From: Salinispira sp.
Lineage (GTDB): Bacteria; Spirochaetota; Spirochaetia; DSM-27196; Salinispiraceae
Direction: 5' to 3'
NCBI GenBank assembly: GCA_965602015.1
Contig: OZ271918.1
Coordinates: 2,304,001 to 2,368,000 of the forward strand
DNA length: 64,000 bases
This document shows positions 46,732 to 56,314 of this stretch, piece after piece (positions within the stretch are counted from its first letter, which is position 1; each line of letters starts with the position of its first letter). The notes under the pieces are model-generated. The model saw only the letters and a list, made by a program, of their open reading frames with translations, did no database searches and was not told the DNA's origin. The translations under genes were made by a program, and so were the position numbers.

Positions 46732-48078
46732 TTATTCCCGCGGATGTTTCGCGATATTCTCTTCGATCATTTCCTCGGCGCTTTCTTCATTGGCCCCCGT
46801 ATTGAGGGTTTTCGGAAGAATCAGGTTCAGAAGGATTCCCACGAGAGTAGCCAGTGCGAGGCCGCTGAGTTCGAAATTCAGTCCCTCTCCCATTGGAAAA
46901 AACAATCGCCCCCCGCCTATTCCCAGTACGAGAATTACCGAGGTAATTGTCAGGTTTTTCTTGCAGGTGTAATCGACACCGCTTTCGACAACGGTCCGGA
47001 TACCCGCCGAAGCGATGATGCCGAACAGCATAGTGGAAATGCCGCCCATAACCGGAGTCGGGATGGTGCTGATTATGGCTCCGAATTTCTGAATGAAGGA
47101 CAGCGCCAGGGCAACCACCGCCGCCCCTCCGACGACCCATACGGAATACACCCTGGTCATTGCCATTACGCCGATATTCTCCCCGTAGGTGGTGTTCGGC
47201 GGGCCCCCGAAGAGGGAAGCCACCGTTGTGGCCAGTCCGTCGCCGCTGAGGGTTTTATGAAGACCGGGATCGCGGTAAAAATCCCGTCCAACAACCTTGC
47301 TTAAAACCAGGGTATCTCCAAGATGCTCGGCAATGGTCGCCAGGGAAACAAGCAGGAATGTTACCACAGGAACCAGACTGAATTTCGGCAGTACAAGGGT
47401 CGGAAGGCCGAACCAGGCGGCATCTCGGATCGCCGCGAAATCGATAAACGCAAAGGACGGGAAGAACAGTCCCATAATCAGGGTAAACAGATATCCACCG
47501 GCTATGGCGATCAATACCGGAATGACGGTAAAAAACCCTTTGAGAACTACGGAAGAGAGTACCGCGATGCCCAGGGTTACCGCGGCGATTGCCAGGGAGC
47601 TCAAGGAGTACACCGAGCTTCCGTCTTCCGCCATTCGGAACAGCGCCATATCCATGGCCACCGGAGCCAGGTTGAGTCCGATGACGATGATAACCGCACC
47701 GGTGACCACCGGAGGCAGCAGAAGGTCCAGCCATTTGGTGCCGGCGAAGCGGATGATCTGCCCGACCAGCAGGTACAAGAGGCCGACGGCGAAGGCGCCT
47801 CCCATGGCATAGGCGACTCCGTACGCGCCGCTCACGGCTATCAGCGGCGGAATGAAGGCGAAAGACGAACCCAGATAGGCCGGCACTTTGGCACCGGTAA
47901 TAAGGATGTACAACAGGGTTCCCAGACCCGAGGTGAACAGCGCCGTCGAGGGGGAAAGGCCGGTGAGCAGCGGGACCAGCACGGTAGCTCCGAACATGGC
48001 GAATACATGTTGAAAGCTCAGAGGAAGCCAGCGGGAAACCGGCGGCTTTTCCGTTACGTCGAGGTAGTCGTGTGACAT
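46732..48078 (-). CDS. uraA: Uracil permease (NCS2 family)
   Basis: [41 protein letters not shown] 48078 follows AGGAG. Confidence 0.93.
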   Translation of the reverse strand: MSHDYLDVTEKPPVSRWLPLSFQHVFAMFGATVLVPLLTGLSPSTALFTSGLGTLLYILITGAKVPAYLGSSFAFIPPLIAVSGAYGVAYAMGGAFAVGLLYLLVGQIIRFAGTKWLDLLLPPVVTGAVIIVIGLNLAPVAMDMALFRMAEDGSSVYSLSSLAIAAVTLGIAVLSSVVLKGFFTVIPVLIAIAGGYLFTLIMGLFFPSFAFIDFAAIRDAAWFGLPTLVLPKFSLVPVVTFLLVSLATIAEHLGDTLVLSKVVGRDFYRDPGLHKTLSGDGLATTVASLFGGPPNTTYGENIGVMAMTRVYSVWVVGGAAVVALALSFIQKFGAIISTIPTPVMGGISTMLFGIIASAGIRTVVESGVDYTCKKNLTITSVILVLGIGGGRLFFPMGEGLNFELSGLALATLVGILLNLILPKTLNTGANEESAEEMIEENIAKHPRE

Positions 48079-48191
48079 GGTGATGTCTCCTGGAATTTTT
48101 TCGATTATATCAAAAGTGTCGCCGGCGCGAAAAGCGCCGGAGGAAACTTTGGTACTGCACCTTTGGGGGCGTACCGTCATATACTCAAGCA

Positions 48192-48626
48192 ATGACCATC
48201 GAACAGAAAATCATTACCCTGGATGAGTACCCCAGGGGATGTCAGCTCATCAGCGCAGAACTGTTCTCCCGGCTGCCCGGCCTGGGGGAACTTGAGGTCG
48301 GCATGCTGCAGTTGACTATTCTGCATACATCAGCCTCTCTGGTTCTTAATGAAAACGCCGATCCTGAGGTGCGCACTGATATGGAAGCCATCCTCAATCA
48401 TTTGGTGCCCGAAGGACTTCCGTTTCTTACCCATTTGTATGAAGGAGCCGACGACATGCCGGCCCATGCGAAGGCCGCTATTCTCGGGTCATCGGTGATG
48501 ATACCCATAAACCGGGGAAGACCGGTTCTGGGAACCTGGCAGGGCATTTACCTGTGCGAGCATCGAAATCATGGGGGGAGGCGGCGGATAGCCGCCACCT
48601 GGTGGGGAAAAACAAGCCAACACTGA
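48192..48626 (+). CDS. yjbQ: YjbQ / UPF0047 family protein
   Basis: HTSASL, NENADPEV, EGADDMPAHAK, LGTWQGIYLCEHR. Confidence 0.93.
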   Translation: MTIEQKIITLDEYPRGCQLISAELFSRLPGLGELEVGMLQLTILHTSASLVLNENADPEVRTDMEAILNHLVPEGLPFLTHLYEGADDMPAHAKAAILGSSVMIPINRGRPVLGTWQGIYLCEHRNHGGRRRIAATWWGKTSQH

Positions 48627-48686
48627 GAATCGAACTCAGGACCTACGCTTTACGAGAGCGTTGCTCTACCGCTGAGCTATGTTGGC
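48615..48686 (-). tRNA. tRNA-Thr (anticodon CGT), CCA not encoded
   Basis: GCCAACATAGCTCAGCGGTAGAGCAACGCTCTCGTAAAGCGTAGGTCCTGAGTTCGATTCTCAGTGTTGGCT folds as a cloverleaf: 7-bp acceptor stem, ACGCT/AGCGT anticodon stem, TTCGA T-loop. Confidence 0.96.
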
Positions 48687-48734
48687 ATGTACGTGGAAAT
48701 TTATAGCATATATGAGGCCGAAGTCAAACATGGT

Positions 48735-50438
48735 TTAGCCGCGGTTTTTTACTTCTTGCATCCATCTGACAACGGCGTCCGCCGAGGCCGGCCGGGCGTA
48801 CAGGAAACCTTGAAAGAGAACGTCATCGCGACCTTCATAGCGGGAATGCTGGGCTTCGTTTTCCACCCCTTCGATTATGACCCGTTTTCCAATGTCGGTG
48901 ACTATATCCACCATGCCCGAAACGATTCTACCGTCGACCCCGTCATCGTCCACCCTTTCTATGAGGTGGCGGTCGAATTTCACGTAATCGACAGCCAATC
49001 TTCCGAGGTAGTTCAGCGAGGAATAGCCCGACCCGAAATCATCCATGGCGAAGCGATTACCCGCTGCAAGGAGTGACTGAATCCGGTGGTTAAAATCCTC
49101 AATGTCTTGAATGATCACCGACTCGGTTATTTCCAATAGTATACTGCTTCCGGATACTCCCGCTTGTTCAAGCAGATCAATAATAATCCGGGGAAAATCC
49201 GGATCCTGGAACTGGACGGCCGACACGTTCACCGATATGAGCAGGTCCGGGTTCTGCGGCTCGAACTGAGCGGTAAAATCTTCAAGCAAGCGTTCAAAAA
49301 GATATGTTCCGATGGGAGAAATCAGCCCGGTTTCCTCGGCTATGGGGATAAATGAATCCGGGGGTATCATTCCCTTTCCCGGGTGGGTCCATCGGGCCAG
49401 GGCTTCCGGAATAACCGCCCCTCCCCTCTGATCGACGATGGGCTGGTATGCCAGCGACAATTCCCGATTATCAAGAGCGGAGTAGAGATCCGATTCAATT
49501 TCCGCCCTGTTGAGGGCAGTCCTGGAAAGCTCTTCTGAAAAAAACCGGATGTGCTGGGGTGTTTTCTTTGCGGCGTACATCGCCAGGTCCGCGTGCTTCA
49601 GCAACACCCCTATTTCCTCTCCGTCCCGGGGGTAGAGGGCGATGCCGAAGCTTCCGTTCACCTCCAGGTGACTTCCCCGAACCAGGAACTCGGAGGATAA
49701 TGCGCCGCGAAGTTTTGCACAGATTTGAAAGGCATCCTCTTCCCTGGACAGCTCGGTCGACACGATGACGAATTCATCGCCGCCGACCCTGAAGCAGAGG
49801 TCGCTGCGGCGCAAATTTTCCCGGATGCGCCGGGCGCAGAGACGCAGGAGCTCATCCCCTGCCTGATGGCCGAGGCTGTCATTTATTGTCTTAAAACGAT
49901 CGAGGTCGATAAAAACAACCGCCATGACACCCTGATCCCCTTCCCTGCGGTTCATTCCGGAGTGAAAAAAGGACATAAGTGCCTCCCGGTTTCGAAGGCC
50001 GGTGAGGGAATCGTGTTGGGCCAGATATTCGTTTCTCTCGACGATTTCCAGCTGCTTGCGGTAGTTGAACCGCATCCAGTTTCTCAGGCCCAGGGAAACC
50101 ATGAGGAAGCCCGAAACGAAGGAGAGGTTTTCGACGGCGGCCCGGATCGCCAGGCGAAGACCAAATTCATCCAGCAAATCTGCCAAGGCGCCAATGGCGA
50201 ACAGTCCGACCCCGACGGAAATGACCAGCCTGTCGGCGGGGTCGTGTATGTGCTTCAGGAACCTTGTCCAAATCAGAACAAAGGCAAGCACCGAAAGCTC
50301 TGAGAAAAAATCAACGATTTCAAAGGCAGCGGGCAGCAAGGGGCTGAGAATGGCGGACAAGGCGAATATCGCGATGTTAACCACAAAGACAATGAGGAAT
50401 GTTCGTGTCACATACCGGGTACCGGCGTCCTTATCCAA
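48735..50438 (-). CDS. Membrane-anchored GGDEF-EAL protein
   Basis: Four hydrophobic segments; HDSLTGLRNR, RRSD I-site, GGDEF, EALARW, DDFGSGYSSL, EGVE, QGF. Confidence 0.95.
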   Translation of the reverse strand: MDKDAGTRYVTRTFLIVFVVNIAIFALSAILSPLLPAAFEIVDFFSELSVLAFVLIWTRFLKHIHDPADRLVISVGVGLFAIGALADLLDEFGLRLAIRAAVENLSFVSGFLMVSLGLRNWMRFNYRKQLEIVERNEYLAQHDSLTGLRNREALMSFFHSGMNRREGDQGVMAVVFIDLDRFKTINDSLGHQAGDELLRLCARRIRENLRRSDLCFRVGGDEFVIVSTELSREEDAFQICAKLRGALSSEFLVRGSHLEVNGSFGIALYPRDGEEIGVLLKHADLAMYAAKKTPQHIRFFSEELSRTALNRAEIESDLYSALDNRELSLAYQPIVDQRGGAVIPEALARWTHPGKGMIPPDSFIPIAEETGLISPIGTYLFERLLEDFTAQFEPQNPDLLISVNVSAVQFQDPDFPRIIIDLLEQAGVSGSSILLEITESVIIQDIEDFNHRIQSLLAAGNRFAMDDFGSGYSSLNYLGRLAVDYVKFDRHLIERVDDDGVDGRIVSGMVDIVTDIGKRVIIEGVENEAQHSRYEGRDDVLFQGFLYARPASADAVVRWMQEVKNRG

Positions 50439-50500
50439 TTAGCTCTTTCCGTTCAGTACGATTTAACTCTCACTAACGAGTATAACGGATTGGAAAAAAA

Positions 50501-51487
50501 TCACCATAAATGATGGACTATCGGCTTGATCTGCCGCTGATAGAGCTCCCGGGCAGCCTTCATCGACGGGGAATCCAGGATTCCCGCATCGGCAGCTTCG
50601 GTATTTTGAATTACCTGCTCCTGACTTGAAGCACCGGGGATCACCGTGGAGATTTGAGGATGAGTGAGTATCCATCGCAAGGCGCTGTGAGCCAGCGGTT
50701 GGGGAAGGCTTTTCTCCAGTTCGCCCACTGCAGACAGACCGGTCTCGTAGGGTACCCCGGAAAAGGTCTCCCCCTTGTCAAAGGCCGCGCCGTCACGGTT
50801 AAAGTTCCGGTGATCTCCCTCGGCGAAGCTGCTTGTCTTCCCGAATTTGCCGGTAAGAAGGCCGCTTGCAAGCGGTACCCTGGCAAGGACCGCGCAGTTT
50901 TTCTCCGCCGCCCGGGGCAAAAAGAGTTCTGCCGGCCGCTGCCGGAATATGTTGAAAATGATCTGCACCGAAACCACATTTTCGTACTCTATCGCTTTTA
51001 ATGCCTCTTCGACTTTTTCGACGCTGACCCCCAGATGGAGGATTTTCCCCTGCTCTTTCAGCCTTTCGAAGGTAGCGAAAATTTCCGGGCGGTAGTAAAT
51101 CTCCGTAGGGGGACAGTGCAGCTGAATGAGGTCGAGGGTTTCAAACCCGGTGTTTTTCAGACTTGCCTCGACGAAATCCGTGAGGGCCTGCGGGGTATAG
51201 GATTCGTTGATATGGGGATTGAGGAACCGGCCGCATTTTGTGGCGACATAGACCCGTTCGCTCCGCCGTTTCACCACCCGGGCGACCGCCGCCTCGCTTT
51301 GGCGGTTTTCGTATACATCGGCGGTATCGATGAAATTAACGCCCCGGTCCACGGCCTCGTTTATAATGCGCTCGGCCAGGGCTTCATCAAATCCGCTGCC
51401 CCATTTTCCGCCGACCTGCCAGGTTCCCAACGAGATTTCCGAGACATTCCAGCCCGTTCTGCCAAAGCACCGGTAGTTCATATTCAT
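50501..51487 (-). CDS. Aldo/keto reductase
   Basis: FIDTADVY, VATKCG, DLIQLHCP, RVPLASGLLTGK, VIPGA. Confidence 0.94.
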   Translation of the reverse strand: MNMNYRCFGRTGWNVSEISLGTWQVGGKWGSGFDEALAERIINEAVDRGVNFIDTADVYENRQSEAAVARVVKRRSERVYVATKCGRFLNPHINESYTPQALTDFVEASLKNTGFETLDLIQLHCPPTEIYYRPEIFATFERLKEQGKILHLGVSVEKVEEALKAIEYENVVSVQIIFNIFRQRPAELFLPRAAEKNCAVLARVPLASGLLTGKFGKTSSFAEGDHRNFNRDGAAFDKGETFSGVPYETGLSAVGELEKSLPQPLAHSALRWILTHPQISTVIPGASSQEQVIQNTEAADAGILDSPSMKAARELYQRQIKPIVHHLW

Positions 51488-51548
51488 CCTCCTGATGCGG
51501 AATAGCCGCTAACAGATGAGATTCTGCGCTTACCCATTACGGCCGCAT

Positions 51549-52280
51549 CTACAAAAGCTTCTCGCGCAAAACCGGCAGGTACTCGCCCCGGGTTCGGTTT
51601 ATCTGAATTGGGCTGATGGATAGATACCCGTTCTCATAGGCCCAGACATCGCTTTCTTCGGTATTCTCCGCCTCGTCCCAGTCTCCCCTCGACCAGTAGA
51701 CCCCGTCTTCCTCGACGAAATCATGGAGAAAGGGTCTGACTCCCATTTCGGTGATCCGCAAGCCTTTGCTCGAGTTGTAATCCTTGCGGGGAAAGTTGAC
51801 ATTGAGAACCAGTTCAGCGTTGAGCACGTCGGCGCTGAGGATTTTCTCTAGAACATCGGGGAGCTCCCGGCGCACCAGGTTGAGGTCGCCGAAGTCGGCC
51901 GACAGGGCCATGGATGGTATACCGCAGATTACGCCTTCGCTGGCCCCTGCGAGGGTGCCGGAATACATGATATCGGTGCCAAGATTCGGTCCGTCGTTGA
52001 TGCCCGATACCACCAGGTCGATGTTGAGGTTAAGGGCGTACAGGGCGAACTTCACGCAGTCCGCGGGCTTGGCTTCCAGACTCCAGCTCTCAATGCCGTC
52101 GAGCAGGTCGGTCCGATGATGCAGCCGAATGGGCTCGTGTATGGTGATTCCGTGACCGATGGCGCTCTGCTGTGTGTGGGGTGCCACCACGTAGACCGTA
52201 CCGTATTTCTGCATGCTGCGGGCAAGAAGCTCGATACCCGGTGAGTTAATGCTGTCGTCGTTTACCGCGAGAATATTCAT
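51549..52280 (-). CDS. surE: 5'/3'-nucleotidase SurE
   Basis: VNDDSINSPG, VVAP, PADCV, VVSGINDGPNLG, YSGT. Confidence 0.94.
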   Translation of the reverse strand: MNILAVNDDSINSPGIELLARSMQKYGTVYVVAPHTQQSAIGHGITIHEPIRLHHRTDLLDGIESWSLEAKPADCVKFALYALNLNIDLVVSGINDGPNLGTDIMYSGTLAGASEGVICGIPSMALSADFGDLNLVRRELPDVLEKILSADVLNAELVLNVNFPRKDYNSSKGLRITEMGVRPFLHDFVEEDGVYWSRGDWDEAENTEESDVWAYENGYLSISPIQINRTRGEYLPVLREKLL

Positions 52281-52300
52281 AGTATCGGGAAAGCATACCG

Positions 52301-52678
52301 TCAGCCGAGCTTCCTTTCAAGGACGTCCCTCACGTAATCGTAAATTTCCGGCTCGAGGCCCGAGGCGTGTTGGAGAAAATCCCGCACAAGGCTGTTATCC
52401 GGGAGGCTCACCGCACCGTTCAGGATTGGCGTCGCCCGGCTGTTTACCTCATCGACTATCGATCGATGGCTGAAATGTCCGTCGGCCCAGGTGATGGCGT
52501 TTTCCGAGTTTTCCGGGCCGTAGCAAATCTGGAATCCCGTCAGCTTCTGATCGGGCTCGTCGTACCACAATATGAGCTCATAACTGCTGTCGGAAAACCA
52601 GCGCCGTCGAATTCCCGGCTCGTTCTGATGTACATGATAGAACTCTTTAAGCCCCTCATTGCCGACTGTGCTACCCAT
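52301..52678 (-). CDS. Hypothetical protein
   Basis: 125-aa ORF co-oriented with its neighbours; RRWFSD...LILWY...GFQICYG looks like a folded domain. Confidence 0.7.
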   Translation of the reverse strand: MGSTVGNEGLKEFYHVHQNEPGIRRRWFSDSSYELILWYDEPDQKLTGFQICYGPENSENAITWADGHFSHRSIVDEVNSRATPILNGAVSLPDNSLVRDFLQHASGLEPEIYDYVRDVLERKLG

Positions 52679-52763
52679 TCAGGCCTCCGTGTTGCAGCAG
52701 TATTCTCATTGAAATATATCTCCCGATAGAGAAAATTCGACCGGTATCGTGACAAATACCCTG

Positions 52764-52810
52764 TGCCCCGAAAACAGCTGATGTACGGGAAATCAGCTGT
52801 TTTCGGGGCA
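52764..52810. repeat. 19-bp perfect inverted repeat (hairpin) sharing an arm with 5176-5198
   Basis: TGCCCCGAAAACAGCTGAT-N9-ATCAGCTGTTTTCGGGGCA directly after the DUF1295 stop. Confidence 0.8.
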
Positions 52811-52813
52811 GTA

Positions 52814-53425
52814 TCAAAAAAACAGCCGGCTTCGGCGCGTATATTCGGGAAAATCCTCATAACGGCTCAAACTTTTGTCCTTGCGGATCATATTGGGGAG
52901 CCAATAGGCAAGAACCCACAGGGCCAGAATAGCTAATGGCAGCCAGTGCATGGCCAGCATGCCGAATCCGCCGTAGATGAGCAGTTCACCCAGATAATTC
53001 GGGTTTCGCCGGTACGCAAATAGTCCATCCCGGATCAAATGGCCGGGACGCAGCGTGAGATATGCGTGTTTTTGCATGTCGGCGGAGAAGTGCAGGAAGA
53101 TCCCCACAGCGTACAGGGCCACCGCAATGGCATGGTACCAGGCGGGTGCCTGGACATCGAAGTGGAAAATCATCCATCCGGCTATCCAGTAGAGGCTCAA
53201 TCCCCCGAGAATTCCGAAGAGGGCGAACCACCAACTCGTTTTTTCTTCCCAGCGCTTATCGGGGAAAACCCGGCTCTTCCACACCCACAGCACGCCGTAC
53301 GTGCCGTGCATGGCTATATACAGCCACGCTGTATGACTCTCCCAACGGCGGTAGACGAGCATAAGGATTATCATGACAAGGCCGGTAACGCCCTTGTGAC
53401 CGTCGATAAAATACTTCATTTTCAT
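52814..53425 (-). CDS. DUF1295 / steroid 5-alpha-reductase-like membrane protein
   Basis: ADMQK, GLFAYRRNPNYLGELLIY; ATG 53425 follows AGGAG. Confidence 0.8.
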   Translation of the reverse strand: MKMKYFIDGHKGVTGLVMIILMLVYRRWESHTAWLYIAMHGTYGVLWVWKSRVFPDKRWEEKTSWWFALFGILGGLSLYWIAGWMIFHFDVQAPAWYHAIAVALYAVGIFLHFSADMQKHAYLTLRPGHLIRDGLFAYRRNPNYLGELLIYGGFGMLAMHWLPLAILALWVLAYWLPNMIRKDKSLSRYEDFPEYTRRSRLFF

Positions 53426-53445
53426 CGGGTGACTCCTTCTCTTGC

Positions 53446-53922
53446 TCACGCGAGGGATACGGCGGTTTTTTCCGCAATTGTCGATAGAACAATGGTGCTG
53501 CTGGTCTTATCGATTCCCGGAATGGTGGTGAGCCGTTCCCGGGTAAACACCTCAAAATCCTCGATGTTTTCGCAGATCACCTTCAGCAAGTAGTCCTTTT
53601 CTCCCGCCAAGCGGTGAGCCTCCATAACCTCAGGCAGGGAGGCGATTCCATTATTGAAATTCTTCATCACATCGGATGAGTGTTCCTTCATTGTAATAAA
53701 AATAAACGCCTTAATATGCTTTTCAACGGCTTTTTCATCGATGATGGCCACATATCGGCGGATCACCCCCGCAGCCTCAAGCTTTTTAACCCGTTCCAGA
53801 GTCGAAGCCGGAGATAGGCCGATTGCAGCTGCCAGCTGCTGATTGGTTATAGAGCTGTCGCTCTGTAGAATCTCCAGAATTTTGCGGTTAATTTCGTCAA
53901 GCCGGGCCACAGACGCCTCCAT
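53446..53922 (-). CDS. Lrp/AsnC-family regulator
   Basis: LDEINRKILEILQ, IGLSPASTLERVKKLE, PEVMEAHRLAGEKDYLLKV. Confidence 0.95.
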   Translation of the reverse strand: MEASVARLDEINRKILEILQSDSSITNQQLAAAIGLSPASTLERVKKLEAAGVIRRYVAIIDEKAVEKHIKAFIFITMKEHSSDVMKNFNNGIASLPEVMEAHRLAGEKDYLLKVICENIEDFEVFTRERLTTIPGIDKTSSTIVLSTIAEKTAVSLA

Positions 53923-54053
53923 CCGTATTTTATTCGGTTTATCCTAACACATCCATATTTTATTCGTATACATGATATGCGACCCACTTATTATTCGTCT
54001 TTATTTGCCAAATGCCGATTTTGGGCGTATAAAGATAGGGAAACCACTTATTA
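53921..54053 (+). promoter_or_regulatory. Phased Lrp-type sites and sigma70 promoter for the ior operon
   Basis: TATTCG at 53931, 53961 and 53992 (30-31-bp period); TTGCCA-17-TATAAA at 54005-54033. Confidence 0.6.
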
Positions 54054-54066
54054 CAGGGGACGCAGG

Positions 54067-55746
54067 ATGACCGAACACGTACTTTTGGGCGACGAAGCCC
54101 TTGCTCTGGGAGCTATTCATGCGGGAGTTTCACTGGCCTACGGATATCCCGGAACGCCGTCTACCGAGATTTTAGAATACCTGCAGCGGGTTCAGAAAAA
54201 CTGGGATTACCGGGCCCACTGGTGTTCCAACGAAAAAACCGCCTACGAATCGGCAGTCGGCGCTTCCATGATGAACCGGCGCAGCCTGGTAACCATGAAG
54301 CATGTGGGGTTAAACGTCGCCGCCGATCCGTTTATGAACTCCGTTCTGATGAACATCAAGGGCGGACTGGTTCTGGCGGTCGCCGATGATCCGGGGATGC
54401 ATTCATCACAGAACGAGCAGGATTCCCGGTATTTCGCCGATTTCGCAAAGATGCCCTGCCTGGAACCCCGAAATCAGCAGGAAGCCTACGAGATGACCAT
54501 GCGGGCATTTGATCTTTCCGAACAGTTCCACGTACCGGTAATGGTCAAGCTGGTCACCCGCCTCAGCCATTCCAGGGCCGTGGTGAAGGCCGGGGACGAT
54601 AATAAAGCCCGCAAGCAGAATCCCCCGGAGAAGTTTGAAGGGGTCACGGACTACATGGTTCTCCCGGCAGTCAGCCGCCGCAATTACGCCCATCACCTTG
54701 AGGTCATGAAGGAGCTTGAAGCCTGGAGCGATTCCAGCGACTACAACCGCCTCGACCTCAGCTCCAAGCGGACCGATGTGGCGGTTATTACCAGCGGCCT
54801 GGGCGGGAACTACTATGAGGAAAATCTCGATGATCTTGAGACTCCTCCTAACCGGCTGCACATTTCAGCCTATCCCCTGCCAGTGGAAAAGATCCGCAGT
54901 CTTGCGGCTACAGCGGAGCGGATCATATGCATCGAGGAAGGCTATCCCTACATCGAAAGGCTGCTGGCGGGAATACTTCCCCAGCAGAAGAAGATAAGCG
55001 GAAAACTCGACGGCAGCGTCCCGGCATCAGGGGAGCTCAACCCCGACAATGTCCGGCCCGCCATGGGGCTGTCTCCCCTTGCGGGAACCGATGTAGACCC
55101 GGGCCCCCTTCCCGGCAGGCCTCCCCAGCTATGCCCCGCATGTCCCCATGCGGATACTTTTATTTCCATGCAGGAGGCCCTGGCGGACTATCCCGACAGC
55201 CTGGTTACCAGCGACATCGGCTGCTACACCCTTGGATTCCTGCCGCCTCACAGGGCCATCGAAACCGCCTTGTGCATGGGCGCCTCAATACCCATGGCCC
55301 GGGGAGCCGCGGAGTCGGGAATGCATCCGGCCATAGCGACCATCGGCGACAGCACCTTTATGCACTCCGGCCTGACGGGACTCGCCGATGCTGCGGCGGC
55401 GAATGTGCCGATGACCGTGGTGATAATGGATAATGAAACCACTGCCATGACCGGCGGCCAGAACACCGTCGTCAGCTCACCGCAAATCCGCGCGGCGGTG
55501 TCCGGTCTGGGCGTCGATCCGGATCACATCGTCGAGCTCATTCCTCTTCCAAAGAAGCGGGAAGAGAACAGCGCGCTGATGAGGCGGGAGTTCGAGTACC
55601 GGGGTTTGTCGGTGGTAATCGCCGTCCGTGAATGCATCCAGACCCTCAAAAAGCGGAACCAGGCAAAAAAGGCCGCACAATCCCTGGCCGCCCAGTGCGA
55701 GATTCAGGACAGCGGCTCACCAGCCGCTCAGCAGGCGGAGGTGTAA
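54067..55746 (+). CDS. iorA: Indolepyruvate:ferredoxin oxidoreductase alpha subunit
   Basis: YGYPGTPSTEI, NEKTA, MKHVGLNVAAD, SSQNEQDSR, PPQLCPACPH, DIGCY, IGDSTF, DNETTAMTGGQ. Confidence 0.93.
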   Translation: MTEHVLLGDEALALGAIHAGVSLAYGYPGTPSTEILEYLQRVQKNWDYRAHWCSNEKTAYESAVGASMMNRRSLVTMKHVGLNVAADPFMNSVLMNIKGGLVLAVADDPGMHSSQNEQDSRYFADFAKMPCLEPRNQQEAYEMTMRAFDLSEQFHVPVMVKLVTRLSHSRAVVKAGDDNKARKQNPPEKFEGVTDYMVLPAVSRRNYAHHLEVMKELEAWSDSSDYNRLDLSSKRTDVAVITSGLGGNYYEENLDDLETPPNRLHISAYPLPVEKIRSLAATAERIICIEEGYPYIERLLAGILPQQKKISGKLDGSVPASGELNPDNVRPAMGLSPLAGTDVDPGPLPGRPPQLCPACPHADTFISMQEALADYPDSLVTSDIGCYTLGFLPPHRAIETALCMGASIPMARGAAESGMHPAIATIGDSTFMHSGLTGLADAAAANVPMTVVIMDNETTAMTGGQNTVVSSPQIRAAVSGLGVDPDHIVELIPLPKKREENSALMRREFEYRGLSVVIAVRECIQTLKKRNQAKKAAQSLAAQCEIQDSGSPAAQQAEV

Positions 55747-55747
55747 T

Positions 55748-56314
55748 ATGAAATACGACATAATTCTTTCGGGAGTGGGCGGCCAGGGTATTCTCTCAGT
55801 GGCGGCGGTAATCGCCACAGCGGCAATGGCCGAAGGCCTGTATGTCCGACAATCCGAAGTGCACGGCATGGCTCAAAGAGGCGGGGCGGTCCAGGCCCAT
55901 CTGAGAATTTCAGACAGGCATATTCCATCGGATCTCATAGGACGCGGCAGGGCTGATATGATCCTCAGCATGGAACCGCTTGAGAGCCTGCGCTATCTGG
56001 ACTTCCTGAAGCCCGGCGGAAGACTGGTGAGCGCAGCTGAGTCTTTCAAGAATATTCCCGACTATCCCGCCGAAGAGGGAATTGACCGGGTCATCGGACA
56101 GGTCGCCGATTCGAGGCTGATACACACCAAGGAGCTGGCCGCCAGCGCCGGCTCGGTCAAGGCGGCCAATATGGTGCTCATCGGCGCAGCCTCTCCGTAC
56201 CTTCCCCTGAAGGCCGAGTCCCTGGAGAAAGCGGTGCGCGAGCTATTCCTGAGGAAGGGACAGTCTACGGTGGACATCAATCTCAAGGCCCTGGATCTTG
56301 GGAGGGCGGCATGA
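55748..56314 (+). CDS. iorB: Indolepyruvate:ferredoxin oxidoreductase beta subunit
   Basis: GVGGQG, SEVHGMAQRGGAV, EPLESLR, ANMVLIGA. Confidence 0.93.
   Translation: MKYDIILSGVGGQGILSVAAVIATAAMAEGLYVRQSEVHGMAQRGGAVQAHLRISDRHIPSDLIGRGRADMILSMEPLESLRYLDFLKPGGRLVSAAESFKNIPDYPAEEGIDRVIGQVADSRLIHTKELAASAGSVKAANMVLIGAASPYLPLKAESLEKAVRELFLRKGQSTVDINLKALDLGRAA

Noticed and set aside
48121..48141. Hairpin CCGGCGC-GAAAA-GCGCCGG upstream of uraA as a PyrR attenuator
   Set aside because: The PyrR-binding loop consensus and a terminator T tract are not evident.
48615..48686. tRNA as the integration site of a genomic island
   Set aside because: No integrase and no duplicated tRNA 3' end seen in the window; flanking genes are housekeeping-like.
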